From a virus: a DNA stretch of 64,000 nt. The stretch lies in IMG/VR virus record IMGVR_UViG_3300021962_000028, positions 32,001 to 96,000 of that record, one strand, 5' to 3'. Shown in pieces: positions 63,448 through 64,000 of the stretch (the first letter of the stretch is position 1; each line of letters opens with the position of its first letter). A program made the position numbers and the translations under genes. Below the pieces are notes generated by a model, which was not told the DNA's origin, made no database searches, and saw nothing but the letters and a program-made list of their open reading frames with translations.

Positions 63448-64000
63448 ATGGTAAAAACAGTAGGAGTAGTTGGTAATGGTTTTGTTGGGGAAACTATTGC
63501 GTTTGCATTTAGCCCAACATCTAACGTAAAAATCTATGACGTTAACCCATTGAAAACAACCCATACATTAGAAGAGGTTATGGGACAAGAATTTATTTTT
63601 GTATGTCTACCAACCCCAATGTTAAGTGATGGGTCTCAAGACATTTCATTTATTGAAGACTTCTTCGGTAGTGTAATTTATAATGAAAATACTGTTTTTA
63701 TTATAAAATCAACTATACTACCAGGCACTACGGAGTCTTTAATTAAGAAGTACGGTCATAATATTGTTTTTTCACCTGAGTTTTTAACCGAGAGAACTGC
63801 TAAGTTAGATATGTTAACACAATCAAGAATTATTTTAGGAGGTGAACCATCTTTAACTAAACGAGTTGAAGAATTATTCAATGACCGATTTATGAATAGA
63901 CACATTATTCATACCGATTCTAAAACTGCTGAGTTTGTGAAATATATGAACAACACATTCTTTGCGGCAAAAGTTAGTTTGATGAACGAATATTATCGAC
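63448..64000 (+). CDS. UDP-glucose/GDP-mannose dehydrogenase family (partial, runs off the right end)
   Basis: VGVVGNGFVG, CLPTP, IKSTILPGTT, SPEFL, AEFVKYMNNTF. Confidence 0.9.
   Translation, partial: MVKTVGVVGNGFVGETIAFAFSPTSNVKIYDVNPLKTTHTLEEVMGQEFIFVCLPTPMLSDGSQDISFIEDFFGSVIYNENTVFIIKSTILPGTTESLIKKYGHNIVFSPEFLTERTAKLDMLTQSRIILGGEPSLTKRVEELFNDRFMNRHIIHTDSKTAEFVKYMNNTFFAAKVSLMNEYYR

Noticed and set aside
1-64000. Stop-codon reassignment as in some large gut phages
   Set aside because: Core genes are full length in the standard bacterial code and no CTA/TCA suppressor tRNA was found.

Overview
A 64-kb AT-rich segment of a T4-like (myovirus-type) large phage, most likely infecting Bacteroidota. 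Host evidence: TTTG-N19/20-TAnnTTTG promoters, A-rich start regions without Shine-Dalgarno, a Bacteroidota-type bS21 and a DUF4494-like gene. The window holds: two glycosyltransferase/sugar-metabolism clusters; a gp55-like late sigma factor; baseplate and virion genes; the head module (major capsid, scaffold, prohead protease, portal, terminase) with an antisense rpsU; an N-domain-less ClpC with a divergent tandem-UVR gene; a tmRNA; an RNA-repair gene cluster; and a minus-strand array of 25 tRNAs interleaved with two tRNA-like RNAs and about ten unexplained structured intergenic RNAs. Main discovery: the tRNA array splits into two blocks, each headed by a promoter, a short unannotated leader ORF, an antiterminator/terminator pair and a boxA-like motif. 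The codons of each leader list the tRNAs of its own block. Leader 1 has Ile-ATA, Gly, Thr, Asp, Arg-AGA, Glu, Ala and Met. Leader 2 has His, Met, Asn, Val, Ile-ATT, Trp, Lys, Gln, Phe, Ser-AGT, Cys, Ser-TCG, Tyr, Pro and Arg-CGT. This looks like a ribosome-stalling attenuator that surveys the tRNA pool and switches on phage replacement tRNAs when host tRNAs are depleted or cleaved. All calls were made by eye, with no database searches or folding software, and tRNA/ncRNA ends may be off by a few nt.
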